A DNA stretch of 64,000 nucleotides from Clostridia bacterium (lineage in GTDB: Bacteria; Bacillota; Clostridia; Oscillospirales; Acutalibacteraceae): positions 3,088 to 67,087 of the forward strand of contig JAFRRP010000069.1 of assembly GCA_017428085.1 (NCBI GenBank), given 5' to 3'. Shown here one piece after another: positions 8,709 through 18,559 of the stretch. Numbering within the stretch: position 1 is the first letter of the stretch; each line of letters begins with the position of its first letter. Made by a program: the position numbers and the translations under genes. The notes under the pieces are model-generated. The model searched no databases, was not told the DNA's origin, and worked only from the letters and a program-made list of their open reading frames with translations.

Positions 8709-10985
8709 GTGTTTATGATGAAAAAAACACTGTCTCTTTTGTTGGTAATGCTGTTTATCGTCGCGGCGCTGCCCGTGGGCGCGTCGGCGCAAGCGGCGCA
8801 GCCGCCCCGGATCGTGGAGACCGTTTATCCTACGGAGGGTATCGTCGTCGCCGACATCGTGGCGACGGAGGCGCCGTATAACGTGGACGCCATGGGGGAG
8901 GCGGATGTCTCCGCCGCGCTGCAGCGGGCCATGAACGACTGCGCGACGGCGGGCGGCGGCACGGTGTTCCTGCCCGCGGGCCGGTATCGCCTGTGCTCGC
9001 CCCTGTATATCCCCCAGTTCGTCACGCTGCGCGGGGACTGGCAGGATCCCGATGAAGGTACGGACTACGGCACGCTGCTGATCGCGGACGTGCCCTCCTC
9101 CGACGCCATGACGCCGGGCCTTATCACCGTGGGTGCCAGTGCCGGGGCGGTGGGGCTGACCGTGTGGTACCCGGAGCAGACGCTGGAGGACGTAAAGCCC
9201 TATCCCTACACCTTCTACGTGGTGGGCAACGGCGACTACATGCTGCAGACGGTGCAAAACTGCACGCTGCTCAACTCCTACCGGGGGATCGGCGCCAGCG
9301 CGGAGTGCGAAAACGGCGTCAGCCAGATCCACGAGATGTTCACGGTGGAAAACGTGAAGGGCACCTGTCTGTACGAGGGCCTCAATTCCTACAACTCCGC
9401 GGACGTGGATACCTATCAGACGGTCTATATCGAAAACAAGTACTGGGCGCAGGCGGGGGAGGCCTTCAACGCCCCGGACGAGGCCGCCCTGGACGCTTAC
9501 ACCCGCGTCAACGCTTACGGGCTGGTGCTGGGCGATCTGGAATGGCCCCAGTTCGCGGATATCCGCGTGTCAGACAGAATGACCGGCGTGGAATTCCGCA
9601 AGGGCCTGCGCTATTGCTTCAGCGGCGAGTTCTATGGGCTGTACCTTGAAAACTGCGATCACGGCTTTGTGATAAAAAAGGACGCGGTGGACGGCCGCGG
9701 CAAGACCTGGGGGGTCGCCGTATGCAAAGGCGTCATCGAGGGCAGCAAGACCGCCGTCGATAACGAGGGCTCCGCCGCGCTGCTGCTGACGGACGTGACG
9801 GTGAAAGGCAAGGTCAAGGGCAAGGCTGTGCGGGAATTCCACCCGGATACCGCCGCCTTTGCGCCGGACCTGAAACATACCTATCAGAAGCCCTCCGCCG
9901 GGCTGTACGTGGTGTCGGCGGACAGAACCGGCCGCACGGACGCCTCCGCCGCGGTGCAGAACGTACTGGACGGGGCGGCAGAGACGGGCGGCGTGGTGTA
10001 TCTGCCCGGCGGCGTGTACCGGTTCGACGGGCCGATCACCGTGCCCGCGGGCGTGGAGCTGCGCGGCTCCTCCTCCGTGCCGGTGCGCGACCAGAGCGGC
10101 AACAGCAGCGGCACGCTGATCCTGTCGTATTACGGCTACGACGATCCCGACGGCCTGCCGCTGATCACCCTGGGCGGCGACGGCGCGGGCCTCAACGGCC
10201 TGCGGGTGGATTTCCCGCTGAACAACCCCACGGACGAAAGCGGCGATTTCCGCGCCACCGTCCCCGCCGTTTACGGCGCGGCGGACGACCTGTACGTGAC
10301 GAACTGCTTTATCACGCTGGCAAGCGTGGGCGTCCGTCTGGAAAACGCCGGTAACGCCTTTTTGAAAAAGGTGATCGGCTGCTGCTACGACGCCATGTTC
10401 TCGCTTCAGGGCTGCGATAACGCCTTCATCGAGGGCTGCCTGCAGAACGCCAACGCGCTGCCCCGCAACGGCTACCGCAGCCTCGGCATCCCGGAGCTGG
10501 CGGACCGGCTGACGGAGGACCACCTGTTCGCCTACGTGTTCATCCCCATCACCCGGGTGCGCACGGAGTATATCACGCTGAAGGACTGCACGGACGCTGC
10601 GATCCTCCAGACCTTCATCTACGGCGGCAGGTCGTTCCTGCACGCCGAAAACAGCACCGTGCTGGCGGTGAATATCGGCTCGGACGGCTCCTCCCACGAC
10701 GCGCCCACGCTGAAACTGGACGGCGGATCGCTTACCGTCCTCAACTCCATGCGCTCCACCGCCGACGGACAGCGGGGCTACCGCTATTACGAAACCGAAA
10801 ACAAGGCCGCGCTGCGTTCCTACAACAGCATGGGCGTGGACCTGCTGTATAAGGAGAGCCCGGTGCTGGAACGTATCAAACGCGCCGACCTGCAAAAAGG
10901 CGAGAACCTTTACCGACTGCTGCAGCCCTTCTACCGCATGTTGGCGTGCTTCGGCCGCCTGACCATGCAGATCAAACAGAAATAA
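8709..10985 (+). CDS. Secreted tandem right-handed beta-helix protein (pectate-lyase superfamily, GH55-like)
   Basis: Signal peptide MKKTLSLLLVMLFIVAALPVGASAQA. Two copies of the beta-helix cap motif are present: DVSAALQRAMNDCATAGGGTVFLPAGRYRL and DASAAVQNVLDGAAETGGVVYLPGGVYRF. This indicates a duplicated domain as in GH55 exo-glucanases. Confidence 0.65.
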   Translation: MFMMKKTLSLLLVMLFIVAALPVGASAQAAQPPRIVETVYPTEGIVVADIVATEAPYNVDAMGEADVSAALQRAMNDCATAGGGTVFLPAGRYRLCSPLYIPQFVTLRGDWQDPDEGTDYGTLLIADVPSSDAMTPGLITVGASAGAVGLTVWYPEQTLEDVKPYPYTFYVVGNGDYMLQTVQNCTLLNSYRGIGASAECENGVSQIHEMFTVENVKGTCLYEGLNSYNSADVDTYQTVYIENKYWAQAGEAFNAPDEAALDAYTRVNAYGLVLGDLEWPQFADIRVSDRMTGVEFRKGLRYCFSGEFYGLYLENCDHGFVIKKDAVDGRGKTWGVAVCKGVIEGSKTAVDNEGSAALLLTDVTVKGKVKGKAVREFHPDTAAFAPDLKHTYQKPSAGLYVVSADRTGRTDASAAVQNVLDGAAETGGVVYLPGGVYRFDGPITVPAGVELRGSSSVPVRDQSGNSSGTLILSYYGYDDPDGLPLITLGGDGAGLNGLRVDFPLNNPTDESGDFRATVPAVYGAADDLYVTNCFITLASVGVRLENAGNAFLKKVIGCCYDAMFSLQGCDNAFIEGCLQNANALPRNGYRSLGIPELADRLTEDHLFAYVFIPITRVRTEYITLKDCTDAAILQTFIYGGRSFLHAENSTVLAVNIGSDGSSHDAPTLKLDGGSLTVLNSMRSTADGQRGYRYYETENKAALRSYNSMGVDLLYKESPVLERIKRADLQKGENLYRLLQPFYRMLACFGRLTMQIKQK

Positions 10986-10986
10986 G

Positions 10987-12657
10987 GTGAAGCTTTTGAA
11001 AAAGACGATCGCGGTCCTGCTGTGCCTGTGCCTGCTGCTGGTGGGCGCGGTACCGGCGACGGCCGCCGGAAAACAGAATAACGCCGTCAATACGGCGTTG
11101 CTGTGCGTGGAAGACTTCCTCTTTCAGATGACCGAGCGTCTGCGCGGGCTGTTCGGCTGTCGGGAGGCGGAACAGCCCTTCCCCAAGGCCAAAGTGACCG
11201 CGGAAACGCTGCTGCTGTTGGATACCCCGCGGGGCGACGCGGCGTTGGCGCTGGGCTCCCTGCAGGGGGTGCTGGCCAACGTCAGCCAAACGCAGCTGGC
11301 GTTTAAGGACGGCGCGTACCGGACGTATCTTGCCGACGCGCCTGTCGAGATCGAGGAACGGACGGGGGAACGCGCGGAAGCCGCCGCGCTGCTGAAGGAG
11401 TTTGCCGACTGCGTCAACGGCTACGTGCTGTGCGATGAAGCCGGGGCGCAGGCCGCCGTGTCCGTGGCGGGCGTGCTGCGGGCCGTGGTGATCCCGGAAA
11501 GCCTGCAGGACGCGGCGAAGGCGGCGGGGCTGACCTGCCGGGAGGACGCGCGCGGCTGGACGGACAAGACGCTGCGCCGTTCCCGCTATTTCACGAAGCT
11601 GAACCGTTCGGTCGCGTTCTCTCAGCCCGTCTCCCTGGCGCCCAAGCTGGTGGATTACGCGGTGATGGCCGGGGCGTATTTCGGCTTTTCCGACTCCGCC
11701 GAAGAAAAAGACTGCAAAAGGCTCTATTCGTTTCTGGACGATAACGCCGTGGTGTTCGGCTGGAACGCCGTGCTGGGCGAATACGGCACGGTGGCGGCGC
11801 TGTCCGCCTGCAACGCCTGCCTGATCCCCGCGGACCACGCCTGCAACCTCTCCGTACTCAGCGGTTTCCCGTCCGTCGATCAGAAACAGACGGCCGCCGC
11901 GCAGCCGGAAGCGCGGGCCGGCCACACGGTCTGCCTGTTCCTGTCGGACGGCGACAACCTGCAATGGATGCTCACGCAGTTTACCGGCGCGGCCCACTTC
12001 GGTTCGCCCCTGCGGGGAGAATTCCCCATGGGCTGGGGCGTGCCCGCCTCGCTGAACGATACCGCGCCCACCATGGCGCAGCGCCTGTACGCCGACGCCG
12101 CGCCGAACGACGAATTCATTTTGCAGATCAGCGGGCTGGGGTATACCTTCCCCTCCCGGTGGAAGGATCCCTTCGCGCTGCGGCGCATGTACGGCGCGCT
12201 GTCGCAAAAGATGGCGCGGGCGGACCTGCGGATCGCGGCGGTGCTGGACGACGGCGGCTTTTACCACCGCGCCCTTGACGTGCTGGCGGCGCAGGAGAAC
12301 GTCTCCGGCGTGTTCTATCTGGATTACGATAACTATGCCGGTATGGACGGCGCGGCGCGGCTGTCCCACGGCAAGCCCATCATCGGCGCGCGGTACAAGC
12401 TGTGGTACGGGCAGCCCGGCGGTTCGCCGGAGGAGATCGCCGCCGCGGTCAACGCCGCTTCCAAAGATCCAGCCGATCCCGACGCCTATTCGCTGATCGT
12501 GGCGCACGCCTGGTCCGGGCTGGACGCGGAAGGCGATTTCGCCGGTTACGGCGATACCATGGCGGCGGTGCGGCGGCTGGTGGACCTGTTCGACGGGGAC
12601 GTGCGGCTGGCATCGCCCACCGAATTTGCCGCGCTGGTAAAGGAAACGCTCGGCTGA
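10987..12657 (+). CDS. Secreted GxGYxYP-family putative glycoside hydrolase
   Basis: Signal peptide MKLLKKTIAVLLCLCLLLVGAVPATAAG. The motif ISGLGYTFPSRW fits the GxGYxYP family signature. The gene starts 2 nt after the upstream stop. Confidence 0.6.
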   Translation: MKLLKKTIAVLLCLCLLLVGAVPATAAGKQNNAVNTALLCVEDFLFQMTERLRGLFGCREAEQPFPKAKVTAETLLLLDTPRGDAALALGSLQGVLANVSQTQLAFKDGAYRTYLADAPVEIEERTGERAEAAALLKEFADCVNGYVLCDEAGAQAAVSVAGVLRAVVIPESLQDAAKAAGLTCREDARGWTDKTLRRSRYFTKLNRSVAFSQPVSLAPKLVDYAVMAGAYFGFSDSAEEKDCKRLYSFLDDNAVVFGWNAVLGEYGTVAALSACNACLIPADHACNLSVLSGFPSVDQKQTAAAQPEARAGHTVCLFLSDGDNLQWMLTQFTGAAHFGSPLRGEFPMGWGVPASLNDTAPTMAQRLYADAAPNDEFILQISGLGYTFPSRWKDPFALRRMYGALSQKMARADLRIAAVLDDGGFYHRALDVLAAQENVSGVFYLDYDNYAGMDGAARLSHGKPIIGARYKLWYGQPGGSPEEIAAAVNAASKDPADPDAYSLIVAHAWSGLDAEGDFAGYGDTMAAVRRLVDLFDGDVRLASPTEFAALVKETLG

Positions 12658-12693
12658 ACGCCGTTTGCATTCAACTGTCGATAGAATGATCTC

Positions 12694-12728
12694 AAAAATC
12701 CGGTTATTTACATGGCCGGATTTTTTTG
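12694..12728 (+). terminator. Rho-independent terminator after the GxGYxYP gene
   Basis: AAAAATCCGG-loop-CCGGATTTTTTT hairpin followed by a T7 run. Confidence 0.6.
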
Positions 12729-12773
12729 TTATGCTGAAAGCGATCCGGATCGAACGAAAAACGACAAGGAGAA

Positions 12774-13379
12774 GTGGAACGTATGGACAACAGGAAGATC
12801 GGCGGGTATATCCGGTATTGCCGCGTGGCCGCCGGATTGACGCAAAAGGAGCTGGCGGAACGGCTGGGCGTCTCGTTTCAGGCGGTCAGCAAATGGGAAA
12901 ACGGCGATACGCTGCCGGACACGGGTCTGATATTGGACCTGTGTGAGATACTGAACACCACGGCAGACAAGCTGCTGAACGGCGGCGCTATCCTGATGAA
13001 CCCCCGCAAACTGATGCGGGTGGAGGACGTGGTGATCGGCTTTGAGCACATCGAGGATATCCGCCGGTGCTTCGGTGAGCACAGCGACTTTTTCACCGGC
13101 ATGGTGGAGGGGATCAACGCGAAGATGAACATCGACCTGCCGGCATACATGGACCGCCGCGAGACACTGGAGGTCCTGTGGGCGGAGGTGCTGATCCAGG
13201 GATTGCTTTCCGGCAGGACCGTGGATATGGACGAGGTGAAAGCCACCTTTACCAATCAGAATATGATAAAGCAGATCGAAAAATACGTCAGGACGACGGC
13301 GCCGGAAGAAACTGCGGATAAGTCCAAAGAAAAAATCTTAAAAAACAGCGTTAATCATTTGACTCTCACCTTAGCTTGA
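12774..13379 (+). CDS. XRE-family HTH transcriptional regulator
   Basis: IGGYIRYCRVAAGLTQKELAERLGVSFQAVSKWENGDTLPD is a canonical Cro/C1 HTH. ATG 12783 is an alternative start. Confidence 0.8.
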   Translation: MERMDNRKIGGYIRYCRVAAGLTQKELAERLGVSFQAVSKWENGDTLPDTGLILDLCEILNTTADKLLNGGAILMNPRKLMRVEDVVIGFEHIEDIRRCFGEHSDFFTGMVEGINAKMNIDLPAYMDRRETLEVLWAEVLIQGLLSGRTVDMDEVKATFTNQNMIKQIEKYVRTTAPEETADKSKEKILKNSVNHLTLTLA

Positions 13380-13433
13380 GAGGTATCATGACCGTGAAAG
13401 ATATCTTTCCCCAACTTTTCCGGAGGTGGTTGT

Positions 13434-14528
13434 ATGCAGATCGGCGAATTCGCCAAGCTGTGCGGCACGCGCGTTTCCCTGCTGCGGCATTACGACAGGA
13501 TCGGGCTGCTGCGCCCCGCGTATACGGACGTAGTCACGGGCTACCGCTATTACGCGCCGGGGCAGGCGGAGACCTACCGGCTGATTTCCGCTTTGAAGGA
13601 GGCGGGCTTTTCTCTGCCGGAGACGCGCCGCCTGCTCTCTTTGACGGAGGACGGCGAAGACGCGGCCCCGCTGTTTGAGCAAAAGCGCGCCGCGCTGGCC
13701 GGGACGCTGGCCGCGCTGGAAAAGGCGCAAGATTTATGGAAAGGAGTGAACGTCACGATGGAAGAACTGTGCTTCAACGAAGATCTGGATTTCCCGTTCG
13801 CGGACGACCCGGAAGCCGTGGGCAAATGGACGGTGTTGGGCCGTTGGCGCAGCCGGGACGAGTTTTACGCCGGCAAAAAGCCGGATACGGAGGTTTACGG
13901 CGAGCAGATCCGGGAGATCTATTTTCTGCCCGGCGGCGAAACATACTGGGCCTACGGCTGGACGAAGGGCAAGCTGCTGATCGACGAATACAATAATCCC
14001 CATTGGGAGACCTACAAGATCGAGGAGATCGACGGCGAGACCTATATGCTGCTGGACCACAAGGGCTACGAATATCTTGTCAGCGGCAAGACCGAACTGG
14101 TGGCGCTGAAAAAGGCGGATTCCCGCGCCTACACCCGCCGGGAGATCGCCCGCAGGGACGATCTCGACAAGCCCTTCATAGCCGATCCCGCCGTCATCGG
14201 CAAATGGAGGACCTGGGGGTTCTGCCAAACGAAAGAGGACTTTTCCGCGGAACCGGAGCCGGAGGAGGAGCTGTACTGGAAGAGCGTGGAATTCTTCCCC
14301 GGCGGCAGCGTCACCTCCGTCTATGAGGACGAGGTGATCGAGGGCGACGACCGGCAGACGTGGACGAAAGGCTGTCTGCTGCGCAAATTCAACGATTGCG
14401 CCTGCGAGTACGAGATCCGCACCGTGGATGGAGTCGACTACCTGCTGATCGAGTGGAAAAGCGGCGACTGGCGCTGGGGCGGCTTTGATACCAACTACTA
14501 TATTTTCCGACGCGACAAAAACGAATAA
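13434..14528 (+). CDS. MerR-family regulator with duplicated C-terminal effector-like module
   Basis: MQIGEFAKLCGTRVSLLRHYDRIGLLRP is a MerR HTH. Two paralogous C-terminal modules of about 90 aa share DP..GKW..G...(D/E)F....FxPGG....WTKGxLL....Y.I...DG..YLL. Confidence 0.8.
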   Translation: MQIGEFAKLCGTRVSLLRHYDRIGLLRPAYTDVVTGYRYYAPGQAETYRLISALKEAGFSLPETRRLLSLTEDGEDAAPLFEQKRAALAGTLAALEKAQDLWKGVNVTMEELCFNEDLDFPFADDPEAVGKWTVLGRWRSRDEFYAGKKPDTEVYGEQIREIYFLPGGETYWAYGWTKGKLLIDEYNNPHWETYKIEEIDGETYMLLDHKGYEYLVSGKTELVALKKADSRAYTRREIARRDDLDKPFIADPAVIGKWRTWGFCQTKEDFSAEPEPEEELYWKSVEFFPGGSVTSVYEDEVIEGDDRQTWTKGCLLRKFNDCACEYEIRTVDGVDYLLIEWKSGDWRWGGFDTNYYIFRRDKNE

Positions 14529-14555
14529 CGCCGGACCCGGCCCGGCCTGAAGCAA

Positions 14556-14600
14556 AAGCGCTCCCGGTATACCGCAGCGGCGGTCCCGGGGGCGTTTTTA
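14556..14600 (+). terminator. Rho-independent terminator after the MerR gene
   Basis: GCGCTCCCGG ... CCCGGGGGCG stem (one G-U pair) followed by TTTTT. Confidence 0.55.
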
Positions 14601-14776
14601 TGACGAATTCGTATCCATAGCTTGTTTTTCGGCGCGTTTGGCGTTATAATGATGACCGAAAACCGCGGTTGCAACCGCCGGTTGCGCATCTTCAAGGTCA
14701 ACTTTCTTGTCGGCAACCGGTTTTTTGTGGTAAGCTTTGGGTGAAATCACGGCAAGGCCGAAAGGAGATTACCAAC

Positions 14777-15781
14777 ATGATATTAGCGGATAAGATCATT
14801 GAACTGAGAAAGAAAAACGGATGGTCGCAGGAGGAGCTGGCGGAAAAACTGGACGTCAGCCGCCAGGCGGTATCCAAATGGGAAAGCGCGCAGTCCGTGC
14901 CGGATATGAACCGGGTGCTGCTGCTTTCCGAGGTGTTCGGCGTTTCCACCGATTACCTTTTAAAAGATGAAATGGGCGAGGCGGTCGTCCCCGGCGCGCC
15001 CCTGCCGGAGGACGCGGGCAAAACGCTGCGCAGCGTCTCTTTGGAGGAAGCGCAGAGTTTTTTGCAATACCGCAGAATAAGCGCGGGCCGGATCTCGTTG
15101 GGCGTGCTGCTGTGCATCCTTTCCCCGGTGGCGCTGATCCTGCTGGCTTCGGCGCAGGAAGAGGGACTGCTGGCCATGGCCGAGGAGCAGGCCGTGGCGC
15201 TGGGGCTGCTGCCGCTGTTTTTGCTGATCGGCGCGGCGGTGGCGCTGTTCGTGACCTCCGGCCTGGCCGGAAAGAAATTTGAATATCTCAGCAGCGAGAG
15301 CTTTGAAACGGAATACGGCGTCAGCGGCTTCGCGCGGGAGCAGCGGGAACGGGAGAACGCTTCCTTCGCGGTGCGGTTGACCGTGGGCGTGGTGCTTTGC
15401 GTGCTGTCCGTGGTGCCGATTTTCGTCGCCATGCTGCTGCCCGGCGCGGAAAACGCCGGTGATTTCCGCTACGTCGTGGCGGTGGCGGCGCTGCTGTGCC
15501 TTGTCGCCGTGGGCGTGTGGCTGATCGTGCAGGCGGCTATCGTACGGGGCGGCTACGCCGTGCTGCTGGAGGAGGGCGACTACGCCCGGGAGCAGAAGGA
15601 AAACCTGCGCCGCAACCAGACGCTTGCCACCTGTTATTGGGGCGTCGTCACCGCGGGCTACCTGGCCTACAGCTTCATCACCATGGACTGGCAGCACAGC
15701 TGGATCGTGTGGCCTGTGGCGGGCGTGCTGTACGGCGTGATCTTCGCCATCGCCGGCGCTGTCGGTAAAAAGGAAAAATAA
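14777..15781 (+). CDS. Membrane-bound XRE-family HTH regulator
   Basis: ILADKIIELRKKNGWSQEELAEKLDVSRQAVSKWESAQSVPD is an HTH. It is followed by several hydrophobic helices (ISLGVLLCILSPVALILLA, LLPLFLLIGAAVALFV, VGVVLCVLSVVPIFVAML and others). AAAGGAG RBS before ATG 14777. The ORF-track start at 14669 has no RBS. Confidence 0.8.
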   Translation: MILADKIIELRKKNGWSQEELAEKLDVSRQAVSKWESAQSVPDMNRVLLLSEVFGVSTDYLLKDEMGEAVVPGAPLPEDAGKTLRSVSLEEAQSFLQYRRISAGRISLGVLLCILSPVALILLASAQEEGLLAMAEEQAVALGLLPLFLLIGAAVALFVTSGLAGKKFEYLSSESFETEYGVSGFAREQRERENASFAVRLTVGVVLCVLSVVPIFVAMLLPGAENAGDFRYVVAVAALLCLVAVGVWLIVQAAIVRGGYAVLLEEGDYAREQKENLRRNQTLATCYWGVVTAGYLAYSFITMDWQHSWIVWPVAGVLYGVIFAIAGAVGKKEK

Positions 15782-15796
15782 AAAACGCGGTATCAA

Positions 15797-15835
15797 AAGC
15801 CGCCGACCGCCGTCCGTTCCGGGCGGCGGTTTTTG
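15797..15835 (+). terminator. Rho-independent terminator
   Basis: GC-rich hairpin ACCGCCG...CGGCGGT followed by TTTTT. Confidence 0.55.
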
Positions 15836-15909
15836 CACGCTTGTTCTGCCCCAGGCAGCCGCGTTGATTTGGCTTTTTTTGAAAAAAATGAAAAATCGCA
15901 AAAAAACTG

Positions 15910-15938
15910 TTGACAACGGGAAAACCGTCTGCTATAAT
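15910..15938 (+). promoter_or_regulatory. Sigma-70-type promoter for cysK
   Basis: TTGACA (15910-15915), 17-nt spacer, TATAAT (15933-15938). It leaves a leader of about 115 nt before ATG 16060. Confidence 0.6.
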
Positions 15939-16059
15939 ACCCATCAAACAGATAGGAAAAGTGTGAAATAGAAGCCGCTTTTCCGCTGCCGGGCCCGCCG
16001 ACCTTATTTCCGTAAGGCGGCTCCGCCGGAAACTACGACCGAAAAAGGAGCAAACGACC

Positions 16060-16989
16060 ATGAAAACCTATGAAAGAATCACCGACCTGATCGGCGGCAC
16101 GCCGCTGCTGAAGCTGACCAACTACATCAAAGACAACGGCCTGCAGGCCGATATCTACGGCAAGCTGGAGTATTTCAATCCCGCCGGCAGCGTCAAGGAC
16201 CGCATCGCCAAGGCCATGATCGACGACGCGGAGGCCAAGGGCCTGCTGACGCCCGATTCCGTCATCATCGAACCCACCAGCGGCAACACCGGCATCGGCC
16301 TTTCCGCCGTGGCCGCCAGCAGAGGGTACCGCATCATCCTGACGATGCCGGAGACCATGAGCGTGGAGCGCCGGAACCTCCTGAAGGCCTACGGCGCGGA
16401 GCTGGTGCTCACCGAAGGCACCAAGGGCATGAAGGGCGCCATCGAAAAGGCCAACGAGCTGGCGGCCGCCACGCCGAACAGCTTCATCCCCAGCCAGTTC
16501 ACCAACGCGGCCAACCCCGCCGCCCATTACGCCGCCACCGGCCCTGAAGTTTGGGCGGATACCGACGGCAAAGTGGATATCTTCGTGGCGGGCGTGGGTA
16601 CCGGCGGCACGGTGACCGGCGTGGGCGAATACCTGAAAGCGCAGAACCCCAACGTAAAAGTGGTGGCCGTGGAGCCCGCCTGTTCCCCCGTGCTGTCGGA
16701 GGGCCGCCCCGGCCCGCACAAGATCCAGGGCATCGGCGCGGGCTTTGTGCCGGACACGCTGAACACGAACGTCTACGACGAGATCGTCACCGTGGAAAAC
16801 GAGGACGCCTTCGCCACCGGCCGCACCCTTGCCAAAAAGGAAGGCCTGCTGGTGGGCATTTCCTCCGGCGCGGCCGTATACGCCGCCACGGTTCTCGCCA
16901 AACGGCCCGAAAACGCGGGCAAGCTCATCGTGTCGCTGCTGCCGGACACCGGCGAACGCTATCTGTCCACCCCCATGTTCGCGGAGTAA
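16060..16989 (+). CDS. cysK: Cysteine synthase A (O-acetylserine sulfhydrylase)
   Basis: [25 protein letters not shown] and [14 protein letters not shown] are hallmark PLP-fold-type-II CysK motifs. AAAGGAG RBS. Confidence 0.9.
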   Translation: MKTYERITDLIGGTPLLKLTNYIKDNGLQADIYGKLEYFNPAGSVKDRIAKAMIDDAEAKGLLTPDSVIIEPTSGNTGIGLSAVAASRGYRIILTMPETMSVERRNLLKAYGAELVLTEGTKGMKGAIEKANELAAATPNSFIPSQFTNAANPAAHYAATGPEVWADTDGKVDIFVAGVGTGGTVTGVGEYLKAQNPNVKVVAVEPACSPVLSEGRPGPHKIQGIGAGFVPDTLNTNVYDEIVTVENEDAFATGRTLAKKEGLLVGISSGAAVYAATVLAKRPENAGKLIVSLLPDTGERYLSTPMFAE

Positions 16990-16992
16990 AAC

Positions 16993-17023
16993 GAGAGCGG
17001 AGAGCGGAGTTCGGAGAGCGGAG
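16993..17023. repeat. Heptamer tandem repeat (GAGAGCG x about 4.4, one variant GAGTTCG)
   Basis: Sequence gagagcg gagagcg gagttcg gagagcg gag lies directly after the cysK stop codon. Confidence 0.8.
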
Positions 17024-17197
17024 ATAAAAAAGGAGACAGAAGATATGAAGATCAACCTTTTCGCTCTTTTACGGGCGAATTTCAGAAACGGGCGAATGTG
17101 ACCGGGGACACGGCGCCGCCGTTCCGAAACACAGGCGCATCTATTGTTTCCCCCGCATTTCCCCAATGATCTGAAATAAAAAGAAAGAGGTATTATC

Positions 17198-18478
17198 ATG
17201 AGCAACTATAAATTCGAGACCCTGCAGCTTCATGTCGGCCAGGAGCAGGCCGATCCCGCCACCGACTCCCGCTCGGTGCCGATCTATCAGACCACTTCCT
17301 ACGTGTTCCATAACAGCGCCCACGCGGCGGCGCGCTTCGGGCTGGCGGACGCCGGCAACATCTACGGCCGACTGACCAACTCCACCCAGGACGTGCTGGA
17401 AAAGCGCGTGGCGGCGCTGGAAGGCGGCGTGGCGGCGCTGGCGGTGGCCTCCGGCGCGGCGGCCATCACCTACACCATCGAGGCGCTGGCGCAGAAAGGC
17501 GAGCACATCGTGGCGCAGAAGACCATCTACGGCGGCAGCTTCAACCTGCTGGCCCACACCCTGCCCCAGTACGGCGTGGAGACTACCTTTGTTGACATCC
17601 ATGACCTTGCAGAAGTCAAAGCGGCCATCCAGCCCAATACAAAAGCCATCTTTATCGAAACGCTGGGCAACCCCAACAGCGATATCCCGGATATCGAAGC
17701 TGTCAGCGAGATCGCTCACGCGGCGGGCATCCCCGTGGTGATCGACAACACCTTCGGCACGCCCTATCTCATCCGTCCGCTGGAGCACGGCGCGGATATC
17801 GTGGTGCACTCCGCCACCAAATTCCTGGGCGGCCACGGCACTACGCTCGGCGGTATCATCGTGGACGGCGGCAAGTTCAGCTGGTCGCCGGAAAAATACC
17901 CCGGCATCGCCGCGCCCAACCCCAGTTACCACGGCGTTTCCTTCGCGGCGGCGGTGGGCCCCGCGGCCTTCGTGACCTACATCCGCGCCATCCTCCTGCG
18001 CGATACCGGTGCGGCCATCTCGCCCTTCAACGCGTTTTTGCTGCTGCAGGGGGTGGAGACGCTCTCCCTGCGGCTGGAACGCCATGCGGAGAACACCAAA
18101 AAGGTGGTGGAATACCTCAGTAACCACCCGCTGGTGGAAAAGGTGAACCACCCGTCCCTGCCGGGCCACCCGCAGCACGCGCTTTACAACAAGTATTTCC
18201 CGGGCGGCGGCGGCTCCATCTTCACCTTTGATATCAAAGGCGGGCAGGAAGCGGCGTGGAAGTTCATCGACGCGCTGCAGATCTTCTCGCTGCTGGCCAA
18301 TGTGGCGGACGTGAAATCGCTGGTGATCCACCCGGCCTCCACCACCCACTCCCAGCTGACGGAAGAAGAACTGAACGATCAGGATATCCACCCCGGCACC
18401 ATCCGGCTCTCCATCGGCACGGAGCACATCGACGATATCATCGCCGATCTGGAACGGGGCTTTGCCGCCGTCCGATAA
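17198..18478 (+). CDS. metY: O-acetylhomoserine (thiol)-lyase / sulfhydrylase
   Basis: N-terminus [11 protein letters not shown]...[16 protein letters not shown] and the PLP-lysine motif [12 protein letters not shown] are typical of MetY/Cys-Met-metabolism PLP enzymes. Confidence 0.9.
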   Translation: MSNYKFETLQLHVGQEQADPATDSRSVPIYQTTSYVFHNSAHAAARFGLADAGNIYGRLTNSTQDVLEKRVAALEGGVAALAVASGAAAITYTIEALAQKGEHIVAQKTIYGGSFNLLAHTLPQYGVETTFVDIHDLAEVKAAIQPNTKAIFIETLGNPNSDIPDIEAVSEIAHAAGIPVVIDNTFGTPYLIRPLEHGADIVVHSATKFLGGHGTTLGGIIVDGGKFSWSPEKYPGIAAPNPSYHGVSFAAAVGPAAFVTYIRAILLRDTGAAISPFNAFLLLQGVETLSLRLERHAENTKKVVEYLSNHPLVEKVNHPSLPGHPQHALYNKYFPGGGGSIFTFDIKGGQEAAWKFIDALQIFSLLANVADVKSLVIHPASTTHSQLTEEELNDQDIHPGTIRLSIGTEHIDDIIADLERGFAAVR

Positions 18479-18495
18479 AATCATCGCATAAATAT

Positions 18496-18540
18496 GAACG
18501 CTCCCGGGCAACCGCCGACGGGAGCGTTCGTTTGCTTTTT
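18496..18540. terminator. Bidirectional terminator between convergent metY and the PAP2 gene
   Basis: Perfect 11-bp stem GAACGCTCCCG / CGGGAGCGTTC followed by GTTTGCTTTTT. Confidence 0.7.
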
Positions 18541-18559
18541 GGCTTGATAAAAGGACGGG

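Noticed and set aside
9570-12507. Minus-strand ORFs 9570-11090 and 10972-12507 (about 510 aa each)
   Set aside because: They are antisense to the signal-peptide-bearing beta-helix and GxGYxYP genes and have low-complexity composition.
16990-17197. SAM (S-box) riboswitch or T-box upstream of metY
   Set aside because: There is no S-box core sequence or T-box specifier/antiterminator pattern. The spacer is short and mostly the heptamer repeat plus an A-rich RBS region.
16033-18511. Minus-strand ORFs 16033-17205 and 17141-18511
   Set aside because: They are antisense to the unmistakable cysK and metY genes.
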